A DNA stretch of 64,000 nt from Candidatus Bathyarchaeota archaeon (GCA_963717465.1 OY970340.1:448001-512000); one strand, 5' to 3'. Shown: positions 11,215 through 22,960, numbered from the stretch's first letter. Program-made: numbers and translations. Notes: generated from the letters alone by a model not told the origin.

Positions 11215-12447
11215 TTAGATTTTCTTTTTAGTTACTGCTGATTCTAATGCAACGACGCCTGGAAGTTTTTTACCCATCAAAAACTCGATTAATGCACCGC
11301 CAGCTGTGCTAATGTAACCCATCTTCTTGGATAACCCGTATTCTTCGATGGCTGCAATCGTGTTTCCTCCTCCGCAAAGGCTGAATCCTTTTGAATTAGC
11401 TATGGCTTCAAAAACTTTCTTTGTGCCATAATTAAATTCTTTATTTTCATACACACCCATTGGTCCGCTGAGGACGATAGATTTAGCTTTAGCGATTATT
11501 TTGCTGAAGTTGTCAACTGTTTTTGCTCCTATGTCAAATATCGAGTGTTCTGTTGGCAATTTGCTTACTGGAATCTCTTTGCGTTTACCATCAACTTCTA
11601 GCGCTACATCTTCTGGCAAAACAATTTTATCAGGATACTGCTTCAAGAGCTCTTTTATTCCTGGAACGAATTGCATAAGTTCTTTTTTAGCTAAAAAGTC
11701 CATTGTCTTCTTGCCTAAATCAACACCTTTCGCCGCAAGAAACAGCTGTGAAGTAACACCGCCTACCAATACGTAATCCGCTATTCCGTTGCCTAAAACG
11801 TACTTGCTTATTTCCAGCGAGTCATCAGCCTTGGCGCCTCCCATGACGTAAACGCATGGTTTCTCGGGTTTCTCTAAAGCGCGGCTAAGAGATTTCAGTT
11901 CACGCTCCATAATACGTCCTGCACAACTCGGTAGCACTGCTGTGAACCCGACCATTGAAACATGTCCGCGGTGTGCTGCTGCAAAAGCGTCATTCACGAA
12001 TAAATCTGCAAGTGGTGCAAGATTCTGAACAAGTTCCGATTTGGAGTGCTGTTCAGGTGTACCATTCTTGGTTTCTCCGTCAAATCCTCGCACGTTTTCT
12101 AAAACGAGGATTTCCCCGCTTTTCAAATCCTTAATCGCTTTTTTTGCTTTTTCTCCAAAAATGTCATCAACGTATTTTACCGGGCATTTGAGGATCTTTT
12201 GCAATATTTCGGCATGCTGCTTTAGTGGTGTAAAGTCTGGATCTCCTTTTCGTCCTTGATGAGCTAACACAACAACTTTTGCTCCCTTCTCCGCGAGTTC
12301 TTTTAATGTTGACTCAGCATGAGCTCTTATTCTTACGTCACTAGTAACTTTCTTTGTTTGAGGATCAATTTCTGAGTTAAAATCAACTCGAACTAAAACA
12401 ACTTTATTCTTAACGTCAAAATCGTCTAAAGTTTTAAATTTTACCAT
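11215..12447 (-). CDS. pgk: Phosphoglycerate kinase
   Basis: RVDFN, LENVR, NDAFAAAHR, GGAK and STAGGA. Confidence 0.96.
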   Translation of the reverse strand: MVKFKTLDDFDVKNKVVLVRVDFNSEIDPQTKKVTSDVRIRAHAESTLKELAEKGAKVVVLAHQGRKGDPDFTPLKQHAEILQKILKCPVKYVDDIFGEKAKKAIKDLKSGEILVLENVRGFDGETKNGTPEQHSKSELVQNLAPLADLFVNDAFAAAHRGHVSMVGFTAVLPSCAGRIMERELKSLSRALEKPEKPCVYVMGGAKADDSLEISKYVLGNGIADYVLVGGVTSQLFLAAKGVDLGKKTMDFLAKKELMQFVPGIKELLKQYPDKIVLPEDVALEVDGKRKEIPVSKLPTEHSIFDIGAKTVDNFSKIIAKAKSIVLSGPMGVYENKEFNYGTKKVFEAIANSKGFSLCGGGNTIAAIEEYGLSKKMGYISTAGGALIEFLMGKKLPGVVALESAVTKKKI

Positions 12448-12519
12448 TTTAATGCTCTCCGTGAATTTAAACCAAAAAAGAAAAAGTAAAGAAGGATTTA
12501 AGTATTACTTGCTTGGTGT

Positions 12520-13539
12520 TTAAAGCTTCGCTTTCTTGCCGACCAATTCTATTAAGTCAACCATGCGGCAGCTAAAGCCCCACTCGTTATCGTACCAAGC
12601 GAACACTTTGACGAAGTTGCCTTTGTCACCAAGTACCATGGTTAACTGAGAATCGAATACTGCTGAGTAAGTGCTGTGCAATACGTCGCTGCTTACAATT
12701 GGGTCTTCAGTGTACTCCATTATGCCTTTAAGCGAGCCTTGTGAAGCTTTCTTCATAGCATCGTTGATTTCTTGTTTAGTAACTTCCTTGCTTAAAATAG
12801 CAGTTAAGTCAACGATAGAGACGTCAGGTGTTGGTACACGTAAGGAAATACCATTCATCTTCTTATTGCAACTTGGCAGAACTAAACCGATAGCTTTTGC
12901 GGCGCCGGTGCTTGTTGGAATAATGTTTATTGCTGCTGCACGCGCTCTGCGAAGATCCTTATGTACGAGGTCTTGAACTTTCTGGTCGTTTGTATAGCTG
13001 TGAGTTGTGCTCATGAAAGCCTTCTCTAATCCAAAGGTGTCGGACAAAACCTTGCTGACTGGAGCAAGACAGTTTGTGGTGCATGAAGCATTGCTTAGAA
13101 TATTGTGTTTAACTGGGTCGTAAGTGTCACTGTTAACGCCCATAACAATGGTTGTATCTGGGTCTTCAGCTGGCGCAGATATTAGAACTTTTTTTGCTCC
13201 TGCAGTTAAATGCTTGCTTGCACCTTCACGGTTAGTAAACAAGCCGGTAGATTCAACCGCTAAATAAACACCAAGATCTTTCCATGGAAGAGCCGCAGGG
13301 TCCTTTTGACTGACGACTTTGAGAAGTTTTCCATTAACGACTAAATCGTTGCCTTGAACTTCGACTGTCCCATTAAATTTCCCATGAACTGAATCGTACT
13401 TTAAAAGATGTGCATTGGTTTTTGCATCTGTTAAATCGTTGATTGCTACGAAATCAATGTCCGCTTTCTTTTCTATGGCTGCTCGATAAAGAAGCCTTCC
13501 GATCCTTCCAAATCCATTAATTCCTACTTTTATTGTCAT
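12520..13539 (-). CDS. gap: Class I (bacterial-type) glyceraldehyde-3-phosphate dehydrogenase
   Basis: [21 protein letters not shown] and WYDNEWG. Confidence 0.96.
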   Translation of the reverse strand: MTIKVGINGFGRIGRLLYRAAIEKKADIDFVAINDLTDAKTNAHLLKYDSVHGKFNGTVEVQGNDLVVNGKLLKVVSQKDPAALPWKDLGVYLAVESTGLFTNREGASKHLTAGAKKVLISAPAEDPDTTIVMGVNSDTYDPVKHNILSNASCTTNCLAPVSKVLSDTFGLEKAFMSTTHSYTNDQKVQDLVHKDLRRARAAAINIIPTSTGAAKAIGLVLPSCNKKMNGISLRVPTPDVSIVDLTAILSKEVTKQEINDAMKKASQGSLKGIMEYTEDPIVSSDVLHSTYSAVFDSQLTMVLGDKGNFVKVFAWYDNEWGFSCRMVDLIELVGKKAKL

Positions 13540-13773
13540 TTGACTTTCACCAATTACTTGTGAATGAGTTAGAACTTATCTCTCTTAATTAATTTTACGC
13601 AGAAAAACAATATAGCAACAGCTTTTTTAGCATTCAAGCGCCCAAAGGTGTTTATCGCAAAAAATTCCTGAATTTATCAGCCAAAAAATTTTAAAATCAA
13701 ATCTCGAATAAATTTGTATGGCAAATTAGAAATAAATGTCTTTAATTATTAATTAAGAGGAGCAGTTATTATC

Positions 13774-15318
13774 GTGACTGATATTGTATTTGTGTTTGAA
13801 GTCCATCAACCGCACAGATTAAGGCGCAGTTTATTTTGGGAAGGCAAAATTTTTAGACGTTTAAGCAAAACGGAGTTATTCAAGTATTATTTTGACGATG
13901 AAGTTGACAGGGAAATATTCAAGCGTGCTGCAAGAAAATGTTATTTCCCGTCAAACCAGATACTGCTTGATCAAATAGACAAACATAAAAACGACCGCAA
14001 ACCAGTGAAAGTTTCATTCAGCATTTCAGGAGTTTTCCTTGAGCAGTGCGAAATGTTCGATAAGGATCTTCTTGACACGTTTAAACAGCTCGCCGCTTCA
14101 GGACGAGTGGAGTTACTTAATCAAACGTACTATCATTCGATCTCCAGTTTATACCCAGAAAAAGAAGAGTTTATCGAACAGGTAAAAATGCACAATCAAA
14201 CCGTCAAATCACTCTTAGGGTACGCACCGAGCGTTTTTGAAAATACTGAGCTGCTTTATAACAATACGATAGCAAAAACAGTTGAAACATTAGGGTTCAA
14301 AGGCATATACACTGAGGGTGTTGAAAAAATCCTCGGCGAAAAATCCCCAAATTACATTTACCATCCGAAAGGACTAAAAATTCGTGTTCTGCTGCGAAAC
14401 TATAAGTTAACTGATGATATCGGCTTTAGGTTTTCTGCAAGATGGTGGCCTGAATGGCCATTAACCGCTGATAAATATGCAGGCTGGCTAGCTGGCGTTG
14501 AGGGGAAATGCGTTAACATTTTTCCTGATTATGAAACTTTTGGGGAACACCATTGGCCGGAAACAGGCATACACAATTTCCTACTTCACCTGCCAGACGA
14601 AATTCTAAAGCACGACAAATTGAATATGGCAACGCCGTCGGAAGTCATTGAAAAGCATTCACCATCAGGTGAAATAGATGCCCCCGAAGTACATGGCACT
14701 GTCTCTTGGGCTGATGTTCAAAGAGACCAAACTGGTTGGCTCGGCAACGTTATGCAATGGGCGTACTACAATTCTCTACGTCGATTAGAGCCTCTCATAA
14801 AAGAAGCGGATGACGGCGAATTCTTAAGATTATGGCGTGACTTTCAAACTAGCGATCACTTATACTACATGTTTACGGCAGGCGGAGGACCAGGTGAAGT
14901 TCACTCCTACTTTAGTCCTTACGAATCGCCTATGGATGCATTTGCTGTAGCACAGACGTTGCTTAATGATTTTGAGGCAAGACTTAGGTTGATAGTTTTA
15001 ACAGCAAACGAGCCTTTCATGTTCTACACTGGCATAGGAAAAGAATATTATACGGGTAATATTACATGGAGCCTTAAGGGTTTTATGAAAAACTTAAGAA
15101 CCGTCGATGCCAAATCAATAGAATTTCACATTTCCAACGGTGACTTTGAAAACTGGGTTCGGCACTCCCTAAGAGATACAGAGTTAGCAATTAAACTGCA
15201 TGAAATTAAAGCATCAAAAGAGAAAGGCGAAAAACTTCGAAAAAGAACAATTGCAGTTGTAAAAAAGCGTTACATTACAATGCAGAAGCAAATACTTGCT
15301 TCAGCAAAATTATTTTAG
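13774..15318 (+). CDS. GH57 alpha-amylase with C-terminal DUF5752-like domain
   Basis: HQP, ENTEL, DYETFGEH and SDHLYYM. C-terminal FxFYTG..SIEFH..GDFENWV. Confidence 0.88.
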   Translation: MTDIVFVFEVHQPHRLRRSLFWEGKIFRRLSKTELFKYYFDDEVDREIFKRAARKCYFPSNQILLDQIDKHKNDRKPVKVSFSISGVFLEQCEMFDKDLLDTFKQLAASGRVELLNQTYYHSISSLYPEKEEFIEQVKMHNQTVKSLLGYAPSVFENTELLYNNTIAKTVETLGFKGIYTEGVEKILGEKSPNYIYHPKGLKIRVLLRNYKLTDDIGFRFSARWWPEWPLTADKYAGWLAGVEGKCVNIFPDYETFGEHHWPETGIHNFLLHLPDEILKHDKLNMATPSEVIEKHSPSGEIDAPEVHGTVSWADVQRDQTGWLGNVMQWAYYNSLRRLEPLIKEADDGEFLRLWRDFQTSDHLYYMFTAGGGPGEVHSYFSPYESPMDAFAVAQTLLNDFEARLRLIVLTANEPFMFYTGIGKEYYTGNITWSLKGFMKNLRTVDAKSIEFHISNGDFENWVRHSLRDTELAIKLHEIKASKEKGEKLRKRTIAVVKKRYITMQKQILASAKLF

Positions 15319-15385
15319 TTTTTGTAACCGTTTAATCTTTATTAAGATTAGTTAACTTATATTTTCGTCAGCACGGTGCCAAAAA

Positions 15386-15637
15386 ATGAGGGAAGATCTT
15401 CCTTTTCCAGATAAAGTATTGCAGACACTGCATAATTTATGCGCTACGGCCGCAGATTTGGCTAGAAGAAGTGAAGAAGTGGCGAGAATACTTCAGCATG
15501 AACCGAACGAAATCGAAGAAATTTTGGACAGGTACAAGTCAGAAGGCTTTGCTGAAAGTTTTGTAGACAGCGAAGGGAAAAAAAGGTATTATCTTAATGG
15601 TAGAGGAATTATCAAAGTTTGCTCACTTTTCACGTAG
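15386..15637 (+). CDS. Small winged-helix protein
   Basis: Helix-turn-helix followed by GKKRYYLNGRG wing. Confidence 0.6.
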   Translation: MREDLPFPDKVLQTLHNLCATAADLARRSEEVARILQHEPNEIEEILDRYKSEGFAESFVDSEGKKRYYLNGRGIIKVCSLFT

Positions 15638-15644
15638 TGGTAGC

Positions 15645-16268
15645 ATGCGTGTCTTAATTTTCTCTTGGGAGTTTCCACCTAGAGTGGTAGGTAAACTTGC
15701 CGAGTATGTCAATGAACTTTCAAATATGCTGGCCAAAAACAAAGTGGCAACTTTTGTGATTACTTATCACGATTTTTTAACTGGTTCCGTTGAGGAGCCA
15801 TCAGGAGTAATAGCGGTAAGAGTGTCAAATCCGGTTCGCACACACATCGGAGTTTTAACGTGGGTTTTAACTTTAAATCAGGAAGTGGAAAGGGCTGCAG
15901 CTAACATTTACTATCAAGCTGATAAGAAAGTTGATTTGATTGATGTCGTGGACTGGCATTTCATACCAGCAGCAGTAACCTTGAAAAACGGTTTAGGAAT
16001 ACCGTTTGTTTATTCGGTTGAAAGTTTAGAGGATCACCGTTCACAAACAGCAAACAGTTCCTACAATATGGCTATCAAAAGTATTGAGTGGCTAGGCTTT
16101 TATGAAGCAAAAAAAGTAAACGTGAAATCTGACTGGATGAGAGATGAAATTATTAGAATTTACAAAGTTCCCAAAGAGAAGATTAATGTTATTTCTACAA
16201 GCCCAGATTCTTGGACCAAAGACGTATTAAGACAGTACAATGCTGTCGCGGAGGCTAATTTGAAGTGA
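15645..16268 (+). CDS. GT4 glycosyltransferase N-terminal-domain-only protein
   Basis: SWEFPPRVVG; paralogous to the N-half of the next gene; lacks the EPFG-containing C domain. Confidence 0.75.
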   Translation: MRVLIFSWEFPPRVVGKLAEYVNELSNMLAKNKVATFVITYHDFLTGSVEEPSGVIAVRVSNPVRTHIGVLTWVLTLNQEVERAAANIYYQADKKVDLIDVVDWHFIPAAVTLKNGLGIPFVYSVESLEDHRSQTANSSYNMAIKSIEWLGFYEAKKVNVKSDWMRDEIIRIYKVPKEKINVISTSPDSWTKDVLRQYNAVAEANLK

Positions 16269-17467
16269 AAGACAAGTTAACCGTCATGATGCTAAGCTGG
16301 GAGTTTCCGCCAAGGGTAATCGGGGGAATATCGCCACATGTTTACTTCTTGTCCAAAAATCTGGCAAAACAAGGCGTTAAAGTCTACGTTGTCACTTGTG
16401 ATTTTCCAGGAGCAAAACCGTACGAAGTAATCGATGATGTAGAGGTTTACCGTATAGACTCATACAAGAATCCTTCACCTGACTTTGCAACCTGGGTTTA
16501 TCTTATGAACCTAAACATGCAGAGAGAAACAGCTGCTATAACGAGAAAGATTGGAAATGTTGATGTTTTCCACGCTCATGATTGGCTTGTAGCAACAGCA
16601 GGAATTGGATTGAAACATGTCTTTAGAAAACCACTACTGGTTACTATGCACTCGACAGAAATGGGAAGAAGAGACGGTGTACGCACCGGTACTGAAAGGA
16701 TGATTCATGAAACTGAAGCTTGGCTTACGTATGAAGCATGGAAAGTAATTTGCTGCAGCGACTACATGATTCAACATGTAAAATGGGCTTTCGGTCTTCC
16801 AAATGATAAGTTAGTCATGATTCCAAACGGCGTGAATACCCAGTGTTACGAGGAATCTGACGGTGAACTACAAGCTTTTAGAAGCAGGTTTGCATTGCCA
16901 GAAGAAAAAATCGTGCTATACGTCGGCAGGTTAGTTTACGAAAAAGGAATCCATATTTTAATCAACGCCGTACCAAAGATTCTGCAAAAAACTAATGCTA
17001 AATTCATAATCGTAGGCAGCGGCTACATGAAGGAACAATTACTAAATATTGTTCGAAGCATGGGACTAGAACACAAAGTGCTTTTTGAAGGCTTCATAGA
17101 TGAAGCAACTCTACTTAGACTGCAGAAAGTCGCCGATGTCTCAGTTGTGCCATCGCTCTTTGAGCCTTTCGGCATAGTTGCATTGGAAGCTATGGCTGCA
17201 AAAAGCCCTGTGGTAGCTTCTGACACGGGAGGCTTATCAGAAATCGTTGAACACGATGTAACTGGAGTTAAAGTTTACCCGAACAATCCTGACTCCTTAG
17301 CTTGGGGGATAACAAAAATCCTGCTTGACTCCGAGTACAGGGAACGCATAAGGGAAAACGCTTACAGAAGAGTCTTAGAAAAATACGATTGGATAAAAAT
17401 TGCACAACAAACTAAAGGGATATATGAAGGAGTTTTAAGCGAGTACTCAAAAAGCTTCTGGGCATAG
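16265..17467 (+). CDS. GT4 glycosyltransferase (probable alpha-glucan/glycogen synthase)
   Basis: SWEFPPRVIGG, HAHDW, GRLVYEKG and FEPFGIVALEAM. Confidence 0.9.
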   Translation: MKDKLTVMMLSWEFPPRVIGGISPHVYFLSKNLAKQGVKVYVVTCDFPGAKPYEVIDDVEVYRIDSYKNPSPDFATWVYLMNLNMQRETAAITRKIGNVDVFHAHDWLVATAGIGLKHVFRKPLLVTMHSTEMGRRDGVRTGTERMIHETEAWLTYEAWKVICCSDYMIQHVKWAFGLPNDKLVMIPNGVNTQCYEESDGELQAFRSRFALPEEKIVLYVGRLVYEKGIHILINAVPKILQKTNAKFIIVGSGYMKEQLLNIVRSMGLEHKVLFEGFIDEATLLRLQKVADVSVVPSLFEPFGIVALEAMAAKSPVVASDTGGLSEIVEHDVTGVKVYPNNPDSLAWGITKILLDSEYRERIRENAYRRVLEKYDWIKIAQQTKGIYEGVLSEYSKSFWA

Positions 17468-17476
17468 ATTAAAAAG

Positions 17477-18817
17477 CTATTTTCCTATCACCTTAACGTT
17501 TTCAACTTGAACCCATGGAGAAATCAGTTGTCCCATTTGCCGTTCATTATTGGCGATTAAAGTCACATTTTTTAGCACTTCAAAAATGTTGCCTGCAAGC
17601 ATTATGCCTCGTGAACAGTGTGTTTTTTCTCCATTCTTTATTTTCCATGCTGGTGTAGCGACAACTGAGAAGTCGCCGCTGACAGGGTTACTGCTGTGGG
17701 CACCTTGCAAATAGTATATTATTAAGCCATCGTCTAGTTCAGCTAGCATTTCGTCGGATGATTTTGTTCCAGGCGTTATGTAGAAGTTTGTCGTGTCTAT
17801 GCTTGGCGTTGATAGGTAGCCGGCTCTTGACGCGTTGCCGGTGCTTTTTTTGGCGTCTTTTTGAGCACAGTAATTGTCGTACAGAAAGTTGCGAAGAACC
17901 CCATTTTCTATTATGGTTGTTTTTTGGTGGGGAACGCCTTCACCGTCAAAAAGCCATGTTCGAAGACCAGCCTTGAATAAGCCGTCGTCGTAGATTGTGA
18001 GTTTTTCTGAAGCAACTTTTTCTCCGATTTTATCCTTAAATGGAGATTGACCTCTCTGGACGCTGTCCGCTTTAACGGCGTTGATTAACGTATAATACAA
18101 TAGTTCTTGCAATGCAAACTGTGTAAGAATTAATGTGGTCGTTTTTGTTTCAACCGGCTTTGTCTTCAAAGCCGAAACTGCGAGTTCTGCAGCTTGCCTT
18201 CCAACCCATTCAGGGTTAACGTCATAATTTCTTGCCGCGTTAAATTCGAAACATGCCGGCGTCACCGTATTTCCTTCTTTAGCTACCGCTGCCAAACTAC
18301 ATTCAATAACAGTTCCCTTGTCAAAACCAGAAATCCCATTTGAATTGGCAATGGCGCTCGAAATGTACGCATTTCCAACTCCGCCCTCAATCGGGAAAAC
18401 CTTCTTATCCACGTTTCCAGCAGCATCCAGCATAAGCTGCGCGATATTAACCAAATCTTCCGATTGAAGCTCAAGGATCTTACCGTCAAAAGTACCTTCT
18501 GCACTATTGAAGGAATCCTTTTGTGGAAGACCATGCCAATCAGGGTCAGGCTTACTTGCTTTTGCGGCGCTTAACGCATTCAAAATAACTTTTTCAACAG
18601 CACTCTGGTCACTAATTATGTTAGTATATGCAAAACCTATTGCTTTGTTAAGGGATACTCTGATGCCTAAGCCATGGTCTATTATCTTGTTGGTTTTGCT
18701 GATTTGTCCAAGGTCAATTCCAATGTTTGTTGCTTGCCCATCATAAATGTAGGCTTCAGCGTCTTGGGCGCCTTTTTTCAAAGCCAACGTAACAGCGTTT
18801 TCTGCAAGATGCAGCAT
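17477..18817 (-). CDS. tldE: TldE/PmbA family protein
   Basis: FDGEGVP, STGNASR and SGDFS; no HExxxH; downstream of tldD. Confidence 0.88.
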   Translation of the reverse strand: MLHLAENAVTLALKKGAQDAEAYIYDGQATNIGIDLGQISKTNKIIDHGLGIRVSLNKAIGFAYTNIISDQSAVEKVILNALSAAKASKPDPDWHGLPQKDSFNSAEGTFDGKILELQSEDLVNIAQLMLDAAGNVDKKVFPIEGGVGNAYISSAIANSNGISGFDKGTVIECSLAAVAKEGNTVTPACFEFNAARNYDVNPEWVGRQAAELAVSALKTKPVETKTTTLILTQFALQELLYYTLINAVKADSVQRGQSPFKDKIGEKVASEKLTIYDDGLFKAGLRTWLFDGEGVPHQKTTIIENGVLRNFLYDNYCAQKDAKKSTGNASRAGYLSTPSIDTTNFYITPGTKSSDEMLAELDDGLIIYYLQGAHSSNPVSGDFSVVATPAWKIKNGEKTHCSRGIMLAGNIFEVLKNVTLIANNERQMGQLISPWVQVENVKVIGK

Positions 18818-18827
18818 TTCGTTTTTT

Positions 18828-20212
18828 TCAAGCGTTGCCACCGACAACCACCTCGTTAATTCTAATGTGCGGTCCACCATCGCATATGAAGGCGGTTTGG
18901 CCTTTTCCGCATCTTCCCGGCCATAAAGTGAAATCTTTTCCCACAGCTTCTACTTTGTTTAAAGTTTCAAGCGTGCTGCCGCTTATTGAAGCATCGCGGA
19001 CGGGTTCGCCTATTTCACCGTTAACTATTTCATAGCCCTCTTGGATGCCAACTTGGAAGGTGCCGTCAAGATTAGCTTGTCCACCTCGGAAGCTTTTGAA
19101 GTAATAACCGAATTTAACTCCCTCAATTAACTCTTCAAACGAACAGTCTCGTGGATCCATGTACGTGTTCCGCATTCGAATGATAGGTTCAACTCTGAAG
19201 TCTTCTGCTCTTGCGTTGCCAGTTGGTTCAGCGTTGAATTTATGAGCTGTTTCCCGGTTATGCATTAAGCCATAAACTACGCCGTCTTTTATAAGAAGTG
19301 TTTTGTGCGTTGGTACGCCTTCATCATCATACTTGAATGAGCCAAATGCTCCGTTAACTGTGCCGTCATCGTAGAAAGTTACTTGGTCGGACCCAATTTT
19401 TTTTCCAAAGTTATTCGAAAGAACGCCTCCTGATAATGCCAAATCAGCTTCGGCTAGATGTCCGAAAGCTTCATGAACAAATACCCCAACAACGTTTGGC
19501 CCGAGCACGACTGGAAACGTGCCGCCTTTAGGTGACTTAGCTTTTAATTGTTCGACAGCACGTTTAGCAACCATTTCACCTATCACTTCAGGCGTTTGCT
19601 CGTCAAATACTTCGTATCCAGATGTTGAACCTATTTCTTCGCGATGAAAGTAAAGACGCCATCACTCTGAGCGGAGGATGTTATTCTTGACCAAACGTAA
19701 AGTTTATCCTGCTCGATTCTTGAGCCATTACTATTCGCAAAAAAGTTTGACCCATTTAAATCAAGATAATCAATCGTGCAACTCTTTAACCGTTTATCAT
19801 AACCTAAAATTGCATTGTTAATCGCCAAAGCAGTTTTAATTTTATCCTCCATCAAAACTTCTGAAGGATTCTTTATCGGTTTAGCCACAACGTGATCATT
19901 AACCACTTGAGCGTCTGCAATCTTTAGCGGGTTTTTTAGCCGTTGACTGGCTGTTTTAGCCATTTTGCAAGCGTCTGAAATAGCACTTGTTAAAATTTCA
20001 TTATTAAGCGAGCCAACTGAAGCAAAACCCCATGAACCATTAACTAGTACACGTAAGGCTGCGCCGTTTTCGATGCCTTGTTTAGCTGCTTCAACCCGCC
20101 CTTCTTTCAGGGTAATCATAGTCTTGTTGAGCGTTTGCGCTCGGATTTCAGCGTACTGAGCCTGAAATTTTTGAACCGCAATATCAATGATTTTCTTTAA
20201 AATGTCTTCCAA
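18828..20212 (-). CDS. tldD: TldD metalloprotease (frameshift near 19635)
   Basis: [22 protein letters not shown] and CGKGQ. Split across two ORFs. Confidence 0.9.
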
Positions 20213-20327
20213 GATTAATCAACCTACTAAATAAAACAATAAACTAGTAATTTGCTAAAAGATAAAATGGTTTTGTTAGCCATGCAAGCAGAGATTGGAA
20301 AAAAATGGCACATGACACGTTAAGAGC

Positions 20328-20573
20328 CTATTCGAATAGGTCCGTCATGTTAAAGATCTTTGCTTCAACAGCAAGCGCACCAGTGCTAAGGCAGTCTTCC
20401 AGACCTTTTGCGAAAATGTCAATTCTGTCCACGTAATCGTTGGGTTTTAATGCGTAGCGAGCTTCAATGTACTGGTATATTATTTGGGTTGCTTCTTTTC
20501 CCAGAATCTCTGTTAGCACAGTATCTATTTTGTTAAGGATTGGATTTGGCTTCTTTTCGCTCACTACCAGCAA
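20328..20573 (-). CDS. Small alpha-helical hypothetical protein (Nitrosopumilus output domain-like)
   Basis: IDxVLxxILGxxATxIIYxYIExxY...FAKGLExxLxxGAxxVE pattern. Start uncertain. Confidence 0.5.
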   Translation of the reverse strand: MLVVSEKKPNPILNKIDTVLTEILGKEATQIIYQYIEARYALKPNDYVDRIDIFAKGLEDCLSTGALAVEAKIFNMTDLFE

Positions 20574-20677
20574 AGTAATTCCTCTCTTAGAGATACTGCA
20601 CACTTGCCACGGCTAAATAAGCATTATCGTTAAACTGTTATGCAGATATACACATATTTTTCCATGAAAATCCATGG

Positions 20678-21985
20678 TTACCAATAATCAGCCATGTTCA
20701 TTTGTTGAACTCTTCTCCGAATCGTCTGCTTTGGTGCCAAGTCAGTTTGCGGTGCCGAGTTATTTGGTGCTAAAACAAGCTGCCCGTAAACTCCATCATA
20801 ACCAGGCGCCACTTTAGCCAAGCCATCGCGCACTTTAACAATCGCGTCAGCGATAGAGATGTCAACAGTAGCAGCTAACAGTTCTTTTGGAATGTCGATG
20901 AGAACAGTGTATTCATCACCGAATTTGTTGATTAGCATGTTGTAGATTTTCCAGACTGCTTGAGTTGACGGTGAATCTGAGCCTAATACAGCAGCAATTA
21001 TTTCCGAGAGAGGAAGCAAACGCAAAAACCCCGGTGCGCCCTCACGTTTAAAGTCACATGGGCGGTCAGCAAGCTCTTCGACCCGTTGCTCAACGCCTTT
21101 AGTTAGTTTTTTACGGCAAACTGGGCAAACGTTTCCGAATTTTATTGCCTCCTGAGGAGATAGGCTTATTTTGCAGTTTCGATGTCCAGTCCAATGGTAT
21201 TTTCCGTAAGCCGGGTCAGTTTCAATAGTTAACTTGAAACGTTTCGAATCGTTACTTCTAATTGCGCCGATAACTTCGTTGTAGCTTAATTTGTCAAGTT
21301 CAAAAACGTTAGCTTCCCTGCCGATACGCCACGGCCAAAAACTGTGGCAGTCACTGTTTGAAACAAGCGCAAACCTATCCAACGTGCTTAAACGCCAATT
21401 CATCGGTGGATCAGATGACAAACCAGTTTCAAGTGCATGAATATGCTTAGTCATATCTTGATAGCAATCGTCTATGCTGTCAAACCCGCTGAACGCGCCG
21501 AAAAGGCTAAACCAAGGCGTCCAAGCATGGGCAGGAAAAATAAAGTTTTCATTTGAAATAGCCATGACTTCCTCAACGAGTTGCGGTGCAGTCATGTTCA
21601 GCATTGGTCTGCCATCTGAAGCTAAATCACCATAACGCTTAAGAGAATCATTAACCTGTTCGGCTGTTTCCAAGCTGGGAGTCAAGATTACATGATGAAT
21701 TTTTTTAGATTCGTTTTTGAAATTAAAGATTGTACAAACTTCAGTAGTTAACATAAATCTGATGGGCAAGTCAGGGTTACTGACGACTGAGTAGAGGTTG
21801 GTATCTTGAATGGGAGATAGGGATTCTTTTATTTCCTTTAGCCACTTCGGATGAGTAAAATCACCCGTGCCTACAACGTGTAAACCTTTAATTTTGGCAT
21901 AACGGGCAATCTCAGGCAAGTTCATCTGGTTACTTGTTGCTCGACTGTAACGACCATGAATATGCAAATCGGCTATGGTTCTCAA
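20678..21985 (-). CDS. endoQ: Endonuclease Q (PHP domain + Zn finger)
   Basis: DLHIHGRYSRATS, GTGDFTHP, ETGLSSD, SNSDCHS, GKYHWTGHRNC, CPVC and GYDGVYG. Confidence 0.9.
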   Translation of the reverse strand: MRTIADLHIHGRYSRATSNQMNLPEIARYAKIKGLHVVGTGDFTHPKWLKEIKESLSPIQDTNLYSVVSNPDLPIRFMLTTEVCTIFNFKNESKKIHHVILTPSLETAEQVNDSLKRYGDLASDGRPMLNMTAPQLVEEVMAISNENFIFPAHAWTPWFSLFGAFSGFDSIDDCYQDMTKHIHALETGLSSDPPMNWRLSTLDRFALVSNSDCHSFWPWRIGREANVFELDKLSYNEVIGAIRSNDSKRFKLTIETDPAYGKYHWTGHRNCKISLSPQEAIKFGNVCPVCRKKLTKGVEQRVEELADRPCDFKREGAPGFLRLLPLSEIIAAVLGSDSPSTQAVWKIYNMLINKFGDEYTVLIDIPKELLAATVDISIADAIVKVRDGLAKVAPGYDGVYGQLVLAPNNSAPQTDLAPKQTIRRRVQQMNMADYW

Positions 21986-22171
21986 GTTTAGCGCCTTAAC
22001 CCTAACGTGGCAGATAACCATTTTAAGGCTTTGCTGAATCAACGATGAATCTCTTGCAGGTCAGCAGCTCGTACTTTATTCTTTAATCAATAAAAGCCAG
22101 TTACTCAATTATTCAAGTTCTTGATTGCTTATTAGTCGAGTAATTAGGTTTGCCAAACAAAATCCAAGCAT

Positions 22172-22954
22172 TTAAGCTATTTGAAGTTCCACACGGTCTC
22201 CAACTTTTACTTTCAACTTTTCTGACGCGCTTCCTTGATTTAGGGCAATTTCCAAAAATCCATGACTTCCAACCAATAAAAGAGCTTCATATCGTTTAGC
22301 ATCTGCATAAGTCTTACCCATATTCACTCTAAAGTTTTGATTCTTTAATTTAATTTTAATTGCGTCTTTAGCTTCGTTTCGGTTAAACTCTTTACAGTTG
22401 ATATTTGTTATTATGTTGCCGAATGAATCTATATACAAAACTTCACCAAGCAATGCGCCGTTTTTTCGCTGGACATTGAGAAAATCAGGTTCTATAACAT
22501 CGGAGATTTCATTGCCGAACTCGGTGGGTTTTACACCTTTGTCCAAATAGGCGGCTGCTGGTGCAAAAATGTCTCTTCCATGAAAAGTGCTTGAAACGTT
22601 GGGTAGCATAAACTGTGGATTTGTCAGGTCATATACATGCTTGATGCCTTGACTTTTTGCGGCTAAAATTAAAAGGCCATTATCTGGTCCTATGAAAAAG
22701 TTTTCATTTGTTTGTATGAGTATTGGGCGCCTTTTTGTTCCAACGCTTGGGTCAACAACTGCTAAATGAATGGTTCCTTTTGGAAAGTAAGATGAGGCTG
22801 AGGCTAAGATGAATGCACCTTGGCGTGTGTTGAATTTTTCGATGTCATGGGTTATGTCGATTATTTTGGCTTCAGGGTTAATGTTTAGTATCGTGGCTTT
22901 CATTTGGGCTACGTAGGGGTCTTTGAGACTGAAATCGCTAGTTAAAGTAATCAA
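22172..22954 (-). CDS. SAM hydrolase / chlorinase-fluorinase family (DUF62)
   Basis: ITLTSDF, VVDPSVGTKR, GPDNG, STFHGRDIFAP and IDSFGN. Confidence 0.92.
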   Translation of the reverse strand: MITLTSDFSLKDPYVAQMKATILNINPEAKIIDITHDIEKFNTRQGAFILASASSYFPKGTIHLAVVDPSVGTKRRPILIQTNENFFIGPDNGLLILAAKSQGIKHVYDLTNPQFMLPNVSSTFHGRDIFAPAAAYLDKGVKPTEFGNEISDVIEPDFLNVQRKNGALLGEVLYIDSFGNIITNINCKEFNRNEAKDAIKIKLKNQNFRVNMGKTYADAKRYEALLLVGSHGFLEIALNQGSASEKLKVKVGDRVELQIA

Positions 22955-22960
22955 TTAAGT

